Sequence record: DRR378314_1639
Direction: 5' to 3' (one strand)
Length of the DNA stretch: 57,280 bases
The position numbers and the translations under genes are program-made. The notes beneath the pieces are model-generated. The model saw only the letters and a list, made by a program, of their open reading frames with translations. It searched no databases and was not told where the DNA came from. Positions within the stretch are counted from its first letter, which is position 1. The number at the start of each line of letters is the position of its first letter. Positions 12,656 to 22,279 of this stretch are shown here, in pieces.

Positions 12656-12692
12656 CTGTATATACTCACAGTATCACTGTACAAATAAACAG
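12656..12692. promoter_or_regulatory. Two tandem LexA (SOS) boxes
   Basis: CTGT-ATATACTC-ACAG (12656-12671) and CTGT-ACAAATAA-ACAG (12677-12692). Both are perfect CTGT-N8-ACAG sites directly upstream of lexA. Confidence 0.95.
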
Positions 12693-12699
12693 GTACATT

Positions 12700-13317
12700 A
12701 TGCGCCCGTTAACACCAAGACAATCTGAAATTCTTGAGCTTATTAAGGATAATCTGCACGCAACCGGTATGCCGCCGACTCGTGCCGAAATTGCTCATAA
12801 GCTGGGTTTTCGCTCTGCCAACTCCGCAGAGGAGCACCTGAAAGCGCTGGCCCGTAAAGGCGTTATTGAAATACTACCCGGCATGTCCCGCGGCATTCGC
12901 CTTGTCGGCGATGACTACGATATCGCCGATGGTCTGCCGTTAATAGGCCAGGTTGCAGCAGGCGAACCTTTATTGGCTGAACAACATGTTGAAGGCCATT
13001 ACAAAATTGATGAATCACTGTTTCATCCTGCCGCCAGTTTCTTACTAAAAGTAAACGGTATGAGCATGAGAGACATTGGAATTTTAGACGGTGACTTACT
13101 GGCTGTACATAAAACCGAACAAGCACGTAACGGACAAATAGTCGTTGCACGAGTTGAAGACGAAGTCACTGTAAAGCGTTTTGAACAGCGCGGAAAAACT
13201 ATTTTGCTTCATCCAGAAAATGAAGATTTCTCTACCATTACTGTCAACCTTGCCGAGCAAGTTTTTGCCATTGAAGGGCTTGCGGTGGGTGTGATCAGAA
13301 ACGGAGCGACCTTATGA
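12700..13317 (+). CDS. lexA: SOS repressor LexA
   Basis: [22 protein letters not shown] cleavage site, GMSM (Ser) and VTVKR (Lys). The real start is ATG 12700, not the track's 12541. Confidence 0.98.
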   Translation: MRPLTPRQSEILELIKDNLHATGMPPTRAEIAHKLGFRSANSAEEHLKALARKGVIEILPGMSRGIRLVGDDYDIADGLPLIGQVAAGEPLLAEQHVEGHYKIDESLFHPAASFLLKVNGMSMRDIGILDGDLLAVHKTEQARNGQIVVARVEDEVTVKRFEQRGKTILLHPENEDFSTITVNLAEQVFAIEGLAVGVIRNGATL

Positions 13318-13751
13318 AAACTCAATATCAGCAAAAATTACATCATCCGGGTCTGTGGACTGCTGAAACGTCAGTATCACCCTTCCCTATGGATGCGAAA
13401 AGCAGTAAGGATTCATTCGACGTCGATAGTCTGTCTCCAGTTGTGCAGCGCGCGTTACAACAAAAACCCAGCCAGTGGGTAACAGTTATTGGCGGCGACA
13501 AGAACGTCATTCAACAGCTTATCGCTTGTGGCGTTGCTGAATCTCAAATTCGCTGGTTACGGAGTCACTCGGTTGAGCGCTGTGAATGGGCGCTGGAGCA
13601 AGCTCTACTCGCTGGTACCAGCAGTATGGTTATCGGTTATCTTGATTCTGTTTCCAGTCGCACCTGGCAGCGTGCGAAAATGGCCAGTAAATTAAGCGAA
13701 ACACAGTATTTTCTGTTTGATAAAAACACACTGACATCCCACCTGCACTAA
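13314..13751 (+). CDS. SulA-like SOS cell-division inhibitor (divergent)
   Basis: ATGA overlap with lex[18 protein letters not shown] segment and C-terminal ..SHLH resemble SulA. Confidence 0.7.
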   Translation: MKTQYQQKLHHPGLWTAETSVSPFPMDAKSSKDSFDVDSLSPVVQRALQQKPSQWVTVIGGDKNVIQQLIACGVAESQIRWLRSHSVERCEWALEQALLAGTSSMVIGYLDSVSSRTWQRAKMASKLSETQYFLFDKNTLTSHLH

Positions 13752-13781
13752 CCCCACCTTTGTTGGTGTGTTTTCTTCCCC

Positions 13782-13806
13782 AAGGCTGCTTTTGCAGCCT
13801 TTTTTT
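13782..13806 (+). terminator. Intrinsic terminator of the lexA-sulA operon
   Basis: AAGGCTGC-TTTT-GCAGCCTT followed by a T run. Confidence 0.85.
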
Positions 13807-13841
13807 AACAGATCCGCTTATTTTTTGTTCGTTCGTGTGAT

Positions 13842-13855
13842 TTGATCTGGATCTT
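13842..13855. promoter_or_regulatory. Possible FNR/CRP-family site upstream of the cox operon
   Basis: TTGAT-CTGG-ATCTT matches 8/10 of TTGAT-N4-ATCAA; a TGTGA half-site lies at 13836-13840. Confidence 0.4.
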
Positions 13856-13894
13856 TCGTTGTAAATTCGTTAATAAATGCAGTACCCGAATATA

Positions 13895-14050
13895 AAAATA
13901 ATATAACAACGATAACTACAACAAAGAGTCAGTAGAGAAAGCGATTTCTGGGGAGAAGCTGTACCTTTTTCTGCTTACCTCTTTGTTCTTCTAATTCAGG
14001 CTAGCAAAACTTGCTTTGCTGTCTCATTGAAGAATAAGAGGAGAAGCCAC
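13895..14050 (+). promoter_or_regulatory. Structured 5' leader of coxB (candidate cis-regulatory RNA)
   Basis: A-rich tract, then hairpin 13920-13987 (9 bp + 11 bp helices with G-U pairs) and hairpin 13986-14034; contains an anti-SD segment. Confidence 0.5.
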
Positions 14051-15178
14051 GTGAAAATGAAGCCTTTGTGGGCACTATTGGCGCTAACGAGTCTACCGGC
14101 TGCTGCTCAGTCGCGTCTCAATATGACCCAAGGTGTCACTGAAGTGAGTAACCGGGTTTACGATCTCCACATGACGATTTTCTACATCTGCTGTGTGATT
14201 GGCGTGATTGTATTTGGTCTCATGTTTATTTCGATGATCCGACACCGGAAGTCGAAGAACCCAACCCCCTCCAATTTCCATGAAAACGTCAAAGTAGAAA
14301 TAGCCTGGACTATAGTGCCGCTGCTGATACTTGCAGGTATGGCAGTGCCGGCGACCACGACACTAATTGCCATGGAAGACACTTCAGATGCAGATGTAAC
14401 GGTGCAAGTCACCGGATCGCAATGGAAATGGCACTACAAATACTTTGAAAATGAGGTCGAATACTTCAGCCGTTTAGCCACTCAGCAAGAACAAATTGAT
14501 AATCAGTTTGAGAAAGGCGAAAACTACCTGCTGGAAGTGGACCGTCCGTTAGTTATTCCAACCAATAAGAAAGTGCGTTTTCTGGTTACCTCAGATGATG
14601 TTATTCACAGCTGGTGGGTTCCTGACTTCGCCATTAAAAAAGACGCGAACCCCGGTTTTATTAATGAAACCTGGACTAGGGTAGATGAGCCCGGAATTTA
14701 TCGTGGTCAATGTGCCGAGTTGTGTGGCAAAGACCATGGCTTCATGCCCATCGTTGTTATAGCGAAGGAGCCCGCCGAATACGAAAAATGGATTACCGAG
14801 AAAGAAGAAGAGCAACGTAAAGCACGCGAACGTGAACAAGAGTTGCTTGCTATGGAAATGTCAGAAGACGAACTCATGGACCTCGGTGAGAAAGTATACA
14901 ACAGTACTTGTGCAGCTTGTCACCAGGCTAACGGTCAAGGCGTAAACGGCGTGTTCCCGGCACTTGCTGGTTCAGGCGTTGCGGTAGATCCTGAAGCCAT
15001 AGACAAACACATCGACACCGTTGTTAACGGCGTTACCGGCACGGCTATGCAAGCCTTTGGAAGTCAGCTTTCCATGCGCGAGTTAGCCGCAGTTATCACC
15101 TACGAGCGTAATGCCTGGGGTAACGATACCGGAGACCTGATTCAGGCCGCCGATATTAACGAAGTCATGAATCAATAA
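14051..15178 (+). CDS. coxB: Cytochrome c oxidase subunit II with C-terminal cytochrome c domain
   Basis: EIAWT, QWKW.Y, DVIHSWW, CAELCGKDHGFM (CuA) and C-terminal CAACH heme-c motif. Start GTG 14051 follows a GAGGAG SD. Confidence 0.96.
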   Translation: MKMKPLWALLALTSLPAAAQSRLNMTQGVTEVSNRVYDLHMTIFYICCVIGVIVFGLMFISMIRHRKSKNPTPSNFHENVKVEIAWTIVPLLILAGMAVPATTTLIAMEDTSDADVTVQVTGSQWKWHYKYFENEVEYFSRLATQQEQIDNQFEKGENYLLEVDRPLVIPTNKKVRFLVTSDDVIHSWWVPDFAIKKDANPGFINETWTRVDEPGIYRGQCAELCGKDHGFMPIVVIAKEPAEYEKWITEKEEEQRKAREREQELLAMEMSEDELMDLGEKVYNSTCAACHQANGQGVNGVFPALAGSGVAVDPEAIDKHIDTVVNGVTGTAMQAFGSQLSMRELAAVITYERNAWGNDTGDLIQAADINEVMNQ

Positions 15179-15188
15179 GGAGACGGTG

Positions 15189-16775
15189 ATGAGCACTGTA
15201 GTGGAAGAGACACATCACGATACACACCACGATCATAAGCCGTCTGGTATTGGTCGCTGGCTATTTACAACGAACCATAAAGATATTGGTTCGATGTATT
15301 TATGGTTTAGCTTCACCATGTTCCTGGTGGGCGGCGCTATGGCAATGATCATTCGCGCGGAACTGTTCCAACCTGGATTGCAACTTGTTGAACCCCAGTT
15401 TTTTAACCAAATGACCACGGTGCATGGTCTGGTTATGATTTTTGGTGCTGTTATGCCTGCTTTTACGGGCTTGGCTAACTGGATGATCCCCATGATGATT
15501 GGCGCACCAGATATGGCGCTGCCCCGGATGAATAACTGGAGCTTCTGGATTTTACCTTTTGCTTTCATGATTTTGTTGGGTTCTTTGTTTATGGAAGGTG
15601 GCGGCCCGGCATTTGGCTGGACAGCTTACGCACCGCTTTCCACAACTTACAGCTCGGATTCAACGGCATTGTTCGTATTTTCAGTACACATTATGGGTAT
15701 TTCATCCATTATGGGCGCTATTAACGTCATCGTTACTATTATGAACATGCGCGCACCGGGCATGAATTACATGAAAATGCCATTGTTCGTCTGGACCTGG
15801 TTTATTACGGCTTTTCTGCTTATTGCCGTAATGCCAGTACTGGCGGGTGCCGTTACCATGTTGCTTACCGACAAATACTTCGGTACGAGTTTCTTTGACG
15901 CCGCTGGCGGTGGTGACCCAGTGATGTACCAGCATATATTCTGGTTCTTTGGGCATCCGGAAGTTTACATCATGATTTTACCGTCCTTCGGTATCATTTC
16001 GGCAATTATCCCGGCCTTTGCCCGCAAACGATTGTTCGGCTACTCCTCCATGGTATATGCCACGGCGGCCATTGCCTTACTGTCCTTCCTGGTGTGGGCT
16101 CACCATATGTTCACCACCGGTATGCCGGTGTTTGCTGAGCTGTTCTTTATGTACTGCACCATGCTCATTGCGGTTCCCACCGGGGTGAAGATCTTTAACT
16201 GGGTAGCCACTATGTGGCGCGGCTCCATGACCTTTGAAACACCCATGCTGTTTGCGCTGGCGTTTGTGATCCTATTTACCATAGGTGGTTTCTCCGGCTT
16301 AATGCTGGCTATAACTCCCGCTGACTTCCAGTATCACGACACGTACTTCGTCGTCGCCCACTTCCACTATGTTTTGGTCACAGGTGCCATTTTCTCTATT
16401 ATGGCAGCGGCTTATTACTGGCTACCTAAGTGGACCGGCCATATGTACGACAGTACGCTGGCGAAAACTCACTTCTGGACATCGCTTATTTCCGTAAACG
16501 TGCTGTTCTTCCCTATGCACTTTGCAGGACTTGCCGGTATGCCAAGACGTATTCCGGATTACGCCACGCAGTTTGCTGATATTAACCAGATAGCAAGTAT
16601 CGGCGGTTTTGCCTTTGGGTTATCACAGCTTATTTTCCTTTGGGTGGCTATTAAGTGCGTTAAAGGTGGCGAAAAAGCAGCGGCTAAACCCTGGGAAGGT
16701 GCGGAAGGACTGGAGTGGACAGTTCCGTCACCAGCGCCTTATCACACCTTTGAAAAACCGCCCAAAGTGGAGTGA
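15189..16775 (+). CDS. coxA: Cytochrome c oxidase subunit I (type A1)
   Basis: TNHKDIG, FWFFGHPEVY, VWAHHM, VAHFHY and GMPRR. Confidence 0.98.
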   Translation: MSTVVEETHHDTHHDHKPSGIGRWLFTTNHKDIGSMYLWFSFTMFLVGGAMAMIIRAELFQPGLQLVEPQFFNQMTTVHGLVMIFGAVMPAFTGLANWMIPMMIGAPDMALPRMNNWSFWILPFAFMILLGSLFMEGGGPAFGWTAYAPLSTTYSSDSTALFVFSVHIMGISSIMGAINVIVTIMNMRAPGMNYMKMPLFVWTWFITAFLLIAVMPVLAGAVTMLLTDKYFGTSFFDAAGGGDPVMYQHIFWFFGHPEVYIMILPSFGIISAIIPAFARKRLFGYSSMVYATAAIALLSFLVWAHHMFTTGMPVFAELFFMYCTMLIAVPTGVKIFNWVATMWRGSMTFETPMLFALAFVILFTIGGFSGLMLAITPADFQYHDTYFVVAHFHYVLVTGAIFSIMAAAYYWLPKWTGHMYDSTLAKTHFWTSLISVNVLFFPMHFAGLAGMPRRIPDYATQFADINQIASIGGFAFGLSQLIFLWVAIKCVKGGEKAAAKPWEGAEGLEWTVPSPAPYHTFEKPPKVE

Positions 16776-16781
16776 TAAATC

Positions 16782-17351
16782 ATGTCTGAACAGCGTCCCG
16801 ACAACAGCATTCTGGTTAAGCGACTGTTACTGACAGTCGCTGGAATGTTCGCATTCGGCTTCGCGCTGGTACCACTTTACGACGTATTTTGTGAAGTGAC
16901 GGGCTTTAACGGTCGTACCAGTAACGAGGCAGCGGTTTATCAACAGGTTGAAGTGGATGAATCACGCACGGTCACGGTGCAATTCCTGACACGCAATGCC
17001 AAAGGTATTCCGTGGAAGTTTGAGCCATCGATCAAGCAAGTCAAGATTCATCCGGGTGAAGTTAAAGTAGTTAATTTTTTAGCAGGAAACCCGACTTCCT
17101 CGAACATGATCGCTCAGGCTATTCCATCTGTAGCGCCTGCGGAAGCCTCTCTTTACCTGAACAAAGTAGAGTGCTTTTGCTTTAACCAGCAACCGCTGGC
17201 CGCTGGCGCTGAAACAGAAATGCCAATGCAGTTTTATCTGGACCCGGACATTCCCGATCATATTACGACCTTTACCCTGTCATACACGCTGTACGATATG
17301 ACAGCCAATACGTCGGCTGAAGCAATTGCTCAGCTGTTAAAAACAGAATAA
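16782..17351 (+). CDS. ctaG: Cytochrome c oxidase assembly protein CtaG/Cox11
   Basis: VPLYDVFCEVTG and KVECFCF copper motif. Confidence 0.95.
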   Translation: MSEQRPDNSILVKRLLLTVAGMFAFGFALVPLYDVFCEVTGFNGRTSNEAAVYQQVEVDESRTVTVQFLTRNAKGIPWKFEPSIKQVKIHPGEVKVVNFLAGNPTSSNMIAQAIPSVAPAEASLYLNKVECFCFNQQPLAAGAETEMPMQFYLDPDIPDHITTFTLSYTLYDMTANTSAEAIAQLLKTE

Positions 17352-17363
17352 GGAAACGACGTT

Positions 17364-18239
17364 ATGGCAGAACAACAAAGTTATTATGTTCCTGCTTCCA
17401 GTCCCTGGCCAATTGTTGGTGCAGTTGGGCTAGGCTTAATTGCCTGGGGCGCTGGACACACTGTTATTGATATGAGCAAAGAGCAGGATGGTTATGGCAG
17501 TACTGTATTGACCATTGGCTTAGTCGTTATAGCCGTCATGCTCTTTGGTTGGTTTCGTGACCAAATCAACGAATCCATGAGCGGTAAATACAGTAACCAA
17601 CTCGGCGACTCCTACAAACAAGGTATGAGCTGGTTTATTTTCTCCGAAGTCATGTTCTTTGCTGCTTTTTTTGGTGCCCTTTTCTACGCTCGCGTTATTG
17701 CCGTTCAGTGGCTGGGAGGAGACAGTAACAATGCTATGACCAATGAGGTTCTCTGGCCAGAGTTTGTTGCGCAATGGCCGTTGGTAAAAACGCCTGGTGG
17801 CACGGAAACTCAGGCTATGGGTTGGTATGGTCTGCCGGCTATCAACACGCTTATTTTGTTGGCCAGTTCAGTGACCTGTCACTTTGCTCACACAGGCCTG
17901 GAACAAAATAAACGTAAACAGCTAACCGCAATGCTGGGCGTTACCATTATTCTGGGTTGCATTTTCCTCTATCTGCAAGGCGCTGAGTATGTGCATGCCT
18001 ACCAAGATTTAAATCTAACGCTTGATTCCGGTGTTTATGGCAACACCTTTTATATGCTCACCGGGTTCCACGGTATGCACGTAACCTTAGGAACCGTGAT
18101 GCTTATCATCATGTTCCTGAGGGTTTTGAAGGGGCATTTTACACCAGATAACCACTTCGCTTTTCAGGCGACCAGCTGGTACTGGCACTTTGTTGATGTC
18201 GTTTGGTTATGCCTGTTCGTCGTGGTTTACATACTCTAG
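17364..18239 (+). CDS. coxC: Cytochrome c oxidase subunit III
   Basis: SPWP, FIFSEVMFF, TGFHGMHV and YWHFVDVVW. Confidence 0.97.
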   Translation: MAEQQSYYVPASSPWPIVGAVGLGLIAWGAGHTVIDMSKEQDGYGSTVLTIGLVVIAVMLFGWFRDQINESMSGKYSNQLGDSYKQGMSWFIFSEVMFFAAFFGALFYARVIAVQWLGGDSNNAMTNEVLWPEFVAQWPLVKTPGGTETQAMGWYGLPAINTLILLASSVTCHFAHTGLEQNKRKQLTAMLGVTIILGCIFLYLQGAEYVHAYQDLNLTLDSGVYGNTFYMLTGFHGMHVTLGTVMLIIMFLRVLKGHFTPDNHFAFQATSWYWHFVDVVWLCLFVVVYIL

Positions 18240-18264
18240 AAAAACGCCCCGTCTAATAGGGGCG
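18240..18264 (-). terminator. Probable terminator for the antisense DUF2909-like gene, with its stop codon in the loop
   Basis: On the minus strand CGCCCC-TATTAGAC-GGGGCG followed by TTTTT. Confidence 0.55.
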
Positions 18265-18468
18265 CGGGTTTAAAGGTAAAAAGCCACTAACCGTCGCCGC
18301 TATCAGTATCACAAGGATAACGGCGGCCACTCCCACCCGTTTCCCCAGATAATGGGACATGGGTGGTTTATTCGGGTCGTTACGCAGCATACTGAATAAT
18401 GCGCGGAACAGATTCACCACCATATAACCAAGCAGCAGTACAATAATGATTTTAAAAAAGACCAACAT
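18253..18468 (-). CDS. Small two-TM protein, DUF2909-like, antisense within the cox cluster
   Basis: MLVFFKIIIVLLL...NLFRALFSM...MSHYLGKRV...G.LPLNPRPY; AGAGG SD upstream of ATG 18468; usual position between coxC and surf1. Confidence 0.8.
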   Translation of the reverse strand: MLVFFKIIIVLLLGYMVVNLFRALFSMLRNDPNKPPMSHYLGKRVGVAAVILVILIAATVSGFLPLNPRPY

Positions 18469-19201
18469 ACGTTTTCCTCTTATCGCTACGTTAGTTACTC
18501 TGCTGGCAATTGCGGTGTTGGTCAAGCTAGGTTTTTGGCAACTAGAGCGCGCGGAAGAAAAACGTAAGCTATTTTCCGATTACGAACAGCAACAATCGAA
18601 AGGGGATGCAACGGCACTGTCTCAGCTAGGAACAATATCTTCTAAGTCTGATCGCTTTCTTTTTGCCAAAATGGAAGGCGAATTTGTTAAACAACCGGTC
18701 TTTTTTCTCGATAATAAAATGACCGATGGCATTGTCGGCTATCACGTTATTGCCTTGTTTCGCCCTGACGCCAAACCCAATAATTACATTCCTGTTAATA
18801 TGGGCTGGGTACCTGCTCCTGCATCCCGGCAAGAACTGCCCGAAATAGATATTCCCGAGAGTAGACAGAATCTTACGGGCTACCTGTACTTTCCCTCGAA
18901 CAACAAATTTGTCAGTAATACTTATGAAACCGAGTTAGCTGATGACCGAATACGAGTACAAGAGTTTCAGCCTAACGCCATTAGTAAGGAACTCGACATT
19001 CCGTTAACCGACTACACCTTTTTATTGAAATCACCAGACACCCTGGGTTGGCAACGTAACTGGAAACCCCAGGTAATGTCGCCGCAAAAACATCAGGGTT
19101 ACGCTGTTCAGTGGTTTTCGCTGGCCATTGCGTGCTTGGTGATTTTTGTATTTGCTGTTATAAAACTGAATAAACAACCAAAAAAAGAGGAGACCCGATG
19201 A
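18446..19201 (+). CDS. SURF1-family cytochrome oxidase biogenesis protein
   Basis: LGFWQLERAEEK, VNMGWVP and HQGYAVQWF. Confidence 0.93.
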   Translation: MILKKTNIRFPLIATLVTLLAIAVLVKLGFWQLERAEEKRKLFSDYEQQQSKGDATALSQLGTISSKSDRFLFAKMEGEFVKQPVFFLDNKMTDGIVGYHVIALFRPDAKPNNYIPVNMGWVPAPASRQELPEIDIPESRQNLTGYLYFPSNNKFVSNTYETELADDRIRVQEFQPNAISKELDIPLTDYTFLLKSPDTLGWQRNWKPQVMSPQKHQGYAVQWFSLAIACLVIFVFAVIKLNKQPKKEETR

Positions 19202-19743
19202 GCTCCCTGAATCGCTCTCGCCGTTCCATGATTATTGTTTTCCTTGCTTTTATAGTCCCCGTTTTGGCCGCGTGGCTTTTTTTGTCTCAAAACTGGTATG
19301 AGGCGGGAACCAATAAAGGCTTTTTATTGCAACCCACCATTACCTTAGAACAACAAGCCGAACAGCTACCAGAAGGTTGGCAAGTAGGATATATCGCCCC
19401 GCAGAACTGTGCAATCACCTGCGAAAATGCTTTATACGTTATGAACCAAATCGATGTCGCTATTGGCAAAGACACCGATAGGCTAACCCCTGTAGTGTTG
19501 CACCAAAGCGAAAGCCTTCAGGCTGGCTTTAATCATAGTGCCCCGCATATTACCCAGCTGGTAACGCCTGAACTGATCGAACAACTTTCAGCTCTGCCCG
19601 AAAACACCTTGTTTATTATCGACCCGATGCATAACGTCATGCTGTATTACCCCACCCATGAGGACAAAGAGCAAATGATAACGGAAGGTAAAAACGTGCT
19701 GGCGGATCTTCGCAAACTGCTTAAATTGTCCAGAATTGGGTAG
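19198..19743 (+). CDS. Membrane-anchored cox-cluster protein (SCO/thioredoxin-like, CxxxC)
   Basis: N-terminal TM, TNKG, CAITC, IIDP and DLRKLLKLSRIG; ATGA-coupled to surf1. Confidence 0.75.
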   Translation: MSSLNRSRRSMIIVFLAFIVPVLAAWLFLSQNWYEAGTNKGFLLQPTITLEQQAEQLPEGWQVGYIAPQNCAITCENALYVMNQIDVAIGKDTDRLTPVVLHQSESLQAGFNHSAPHITQLVTPELIEQLSALPENTLFIIDPMHNVMLYYPTHEDKEQMITEGKNVLADLRKLLKLSRIG

Positions 19744-19752
19744 GGAAATGAC

Positions 19753-20742
19753 ATGCGTTTACTGGTAAAAATTAGTGTTTTTTTTGCTTTTATCGTTATT
19801 GTTCTTGGCGCCTTTACCCGGCTCACTGAAGCAGGCCTGGGTTGTCCTGACTGGCCCGGCTGCTACGGTTTTTTGAAGGTACCATCGCAGGAGGAGCACA
19901 TTCAGCAGGCGGAACTTAGGTTCCCGGATGCACCTGTGGAGCACGCCAAAGCCTGGAACGAAATGGTGCACCGCTACTTTGCTGGCACCCTGGGGTTATT
20001 AATATTGACCATTGCCATTATTTCCTGGGTTAAAAGCCGTCGCTACAGTCATTACCCGACTCCGGTTAAATTGCCCACTTTGCTTCTCGGGCTAGTAATA
20101 TTTCAGGCGGCTCTGGGTATGTGGACAGTTACCATGAACCTCCAACCGCTCATAGTCATGGGGCATTTGCTGGGCGGCTTTTCGGTTATATCGCTGCTAT
20201 ATCTGCTCTCGCTGCGGCTGTCGTCATTTCGGCTGGCCGGTGGTGACCCGGAACTCAGGCGCTATCGGGGGCTGGCATTTTTTACGCTACTGGTGGTTAT
20301 TGGTCAAATAGCCTTAGGTGGTTGGGTTGCTGCAAACTATGCCGCCGTAGCCTGCACTGAGCTACCTTTTTGCGAAGGTAACTGGACGGCGCAGCTAGAC
20401 TTTGCCGGAGCCTTCAGCATACCCGAGGCTGACACCTATCAATACGGTGCTCATGACTACAACGACCGTATGACTATGCACGTAATGCACAGAGTGGGCG
20501 CTATTATTACTTTTTTAGTGATTTGTACTCTACTCTTTAAATGCTGGCGAAAAGCGAAGTCGCACTTTTTCCGGCGCTCATTAATTGTTATTGGCTTGTT
20601 ATTATCTTTGCAAATTCTGCTGGGTATTAGTAACGTAGTCTTTCAATTACCGCTTTGGAATGCAGTGGCACATAATGCCGTAGGGGCTTTATTGTTGCTG
20701 TCGCTGGTCGCGTTGAACTACAACTTGTCCAGAAAAGCGTAG
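19753..20742 (+). CDS. ctaA: Heme A synthase (COX15/CtaA)
   Basis: [28 protein letters not shown] and AHN. Confidence 0.94.
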   Translation: MRLLVKISVFFAFIVIVLGAFTRLTEAGLGCPDWPGCYGFLKVPSQEEHIQQAELRFPDAPVEHAKAWNEMVHRYFAGTLGLLILTIAIISWVKSRRYSHYPTPVKLPTLLLGLVIFQAALGMWTVTMNLQPLIVMGHLLGGFSVISLLYLLSLRLSSFRLAGGDPELRRYRGLAFFTLLVVIGQIALGGWVAANYAAVACTELPFCEGNWTAQLDFAGAFSIPEADTYQYGAHDYNDRMTMHVMHRVGAIITFLVICTLLFKCWRKAKSHFFRRSLIVIGLLLSLQILLGISNVVFQLPLWNAVAHNAVGALLLLSLVALNYNLSRKA

Positions 20743-20755
20743 AGGAGTTGAAACT

Positions 20756-21652
20756 ATGCAATCCGTTGCCACAAATAATATAACAAAAACGCGCAACGCT
20801 CATTGGCGGGACTACCTTGAACTGACCAAGCCCCGTGTCGTCGCCTTGCTGTTACTCACCGCCGTGGTTGGCATGTGTCTGGCCACTGAAGAACTGGTGT
20901 CGCTGAAAGTACTAGTGCCGGCGCTGACTGGTATTGGACTCATGTCTGCCGCTGCGGCCGCCATTAATCACCTGGTTGACCGCCATATTGACGCAAAAAT
21001 GGCGCGCACACTTCGGCGTCCGCTGCCTCAGGGAAATTTGTCACCTGCAAAAGTCACCACGTTCGCTGCATCTATAGGTGTCATTGGTTTTGTGACCCTG
21101 TATGCCTGGGTTAATCCATTAACTGCCTGGTTAACCTTTGCCAGTATGGTGGGTTACGCTGTGGTTTATACCATGTTCTTAAAACGCGCAACGCCGCAGA
21201 ACATTGTTATTGGTGGTTTAGCCGGTGCTGCACCACCGTTACTGGGCTGGACCTCGGTGACCAACGAAATTAACGCGCCAGCGGTACTGCTGGTGATGAT
21301 CATTTTCACCTGGACCCCGCCCCACTTCTGGGCTCTGGCGGTACACCGCGCTAAAGATTATGCCCGCGCTAAAGTGCCAATGCTGCCGGTAACCCATGGT
21401 ATTGAGTTCACCAAAACCTGTATTTTTCTGTACACCGTTTTGCTGACCGTGGTTTGCCTTATGCCGTTTTTAATTGGCATGACAGGAATGATTTATCTGG
21501 TCGGCGTCAGTGTGCTTAATGCTATTTTCTTGGCTTACGCCTGGAAGTTGAAATACTCGCCCAGCAAGAAAACAGCCTTTAACATGTTTGCCTTTTCTAT
21601 CTGGCACCTCATGCTGCTGTTTGTGATTTTACTGGTCGATCATTACGTATAA
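20756..21652 (+). CDS. cyoE: Protoheme IX farnesyltransferase (heme O synthase)
   Basis: [25 protein letters not shown] and WTPPHFWAL. Confidence 0.96.
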   Translation: MQSVATNNITKTRNAHWRDYLELTKPRVVALLLLTAVVGMCLATEELVSLKVLVPALTGIGLMSAAAAAINHLVDRHIDAKMARTLRRPLPQGNLSPAKVTTFAASIGVIGFVTLYAWVNPLTAWLTFASMVGYAVVYTMFLKRATPQNIVIGGLAGAAPPLLGWTSVTNEINAPAVLLVMIIFTWTPPHFWALAVHRAKDYARAKVPMLPVTHGIEFTKTCIFLYTVLLTVVCLMPFLIGMTGMIYLVGVSVLNAIFLAYAWKLKYSPSKKTAFNMFAFSIWHLMLLFVILLVDHYV

Positions 21653-21664
21653 CTGGAGTAAGAC

Positions 21665-22279
21665 ATGAGTCGTATCGTTACGCTGCTGGCTGCGCTTATC
21701 GCCCTTGCTGCAGGGTTCGCAGTTTACAACTTTTGGCCCGAAGAAAAGCCGGAAGCTTTAATTTATGAGCCGCCTCGTGCGTTAAAATCATTTAAGTTAA
21801 ACAGCACAGCCGACGGCACTATTGAAAACGATGCACTGAAAGGTCAGTGGACCTTGCTCTTTACCGGTTATACCTTCTGTCCTGATATCTGTCCAACCAC
21901 CATGTCAGACTTAAAAGGAGTGCTACCTTCATTACAGGAAGAAGTGTCTAAACCGGTGAAAGTCTGGATGATTTCAGTTGACCCTCAGCGTGATGACATT
22001 GAACGTTTAACTCAATACGTTAACTATTTTGGTGACGACTTTGTTGGTGTGCGAGCCGAGCACAAAGAGCTGTTCCCTTTCGTACGTGATTTAGGCTTAA
22101 TGTATTCCATTCCCGATGAAGGCGAGGAAAATTACTTGGTTAACCACAGCGCCGCTATTATTCTGGTTAACCCGAACGGGCACCGTAAAGCGATATTTAA
22201 TGCCGACCACCAACGTGGGGAAATACCGGTAGTCGACATGGAACAACTGGCAAAAGATTTTGCCATTATCGCCAATTAG
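21665..22279 (+). CDS. SCO1/SenC copper chaperone
   Basis: GYTFCPDICP, ISVDP.RD and VNHS. Confidence 0.94.
   Translation: MSRIVTLLAALIALAAGFAVYNFWPEEKPEALIYEPPRALKSFKLNSTADGTIENDALKGQWTLLFTGYTFCPDICPTTMSDLKGVLPSLQEEVSKPVKVWMISVDPQRDDIERLTQYVNYFGDDFVGVRAEHKELFPFVRDLGLMYSIPDEGEENYLVNHSAAIILVNPNGHRKAIFNADHQRGEIPVVDMEQLAKDFAIIAN

Noticed and set aside
12541-12699. 53-aa N-terminal extension of LexA in the ORF track
   Set aside because: It runs through the SOS boxes and overlaps plsB; the canonical start is 12700.
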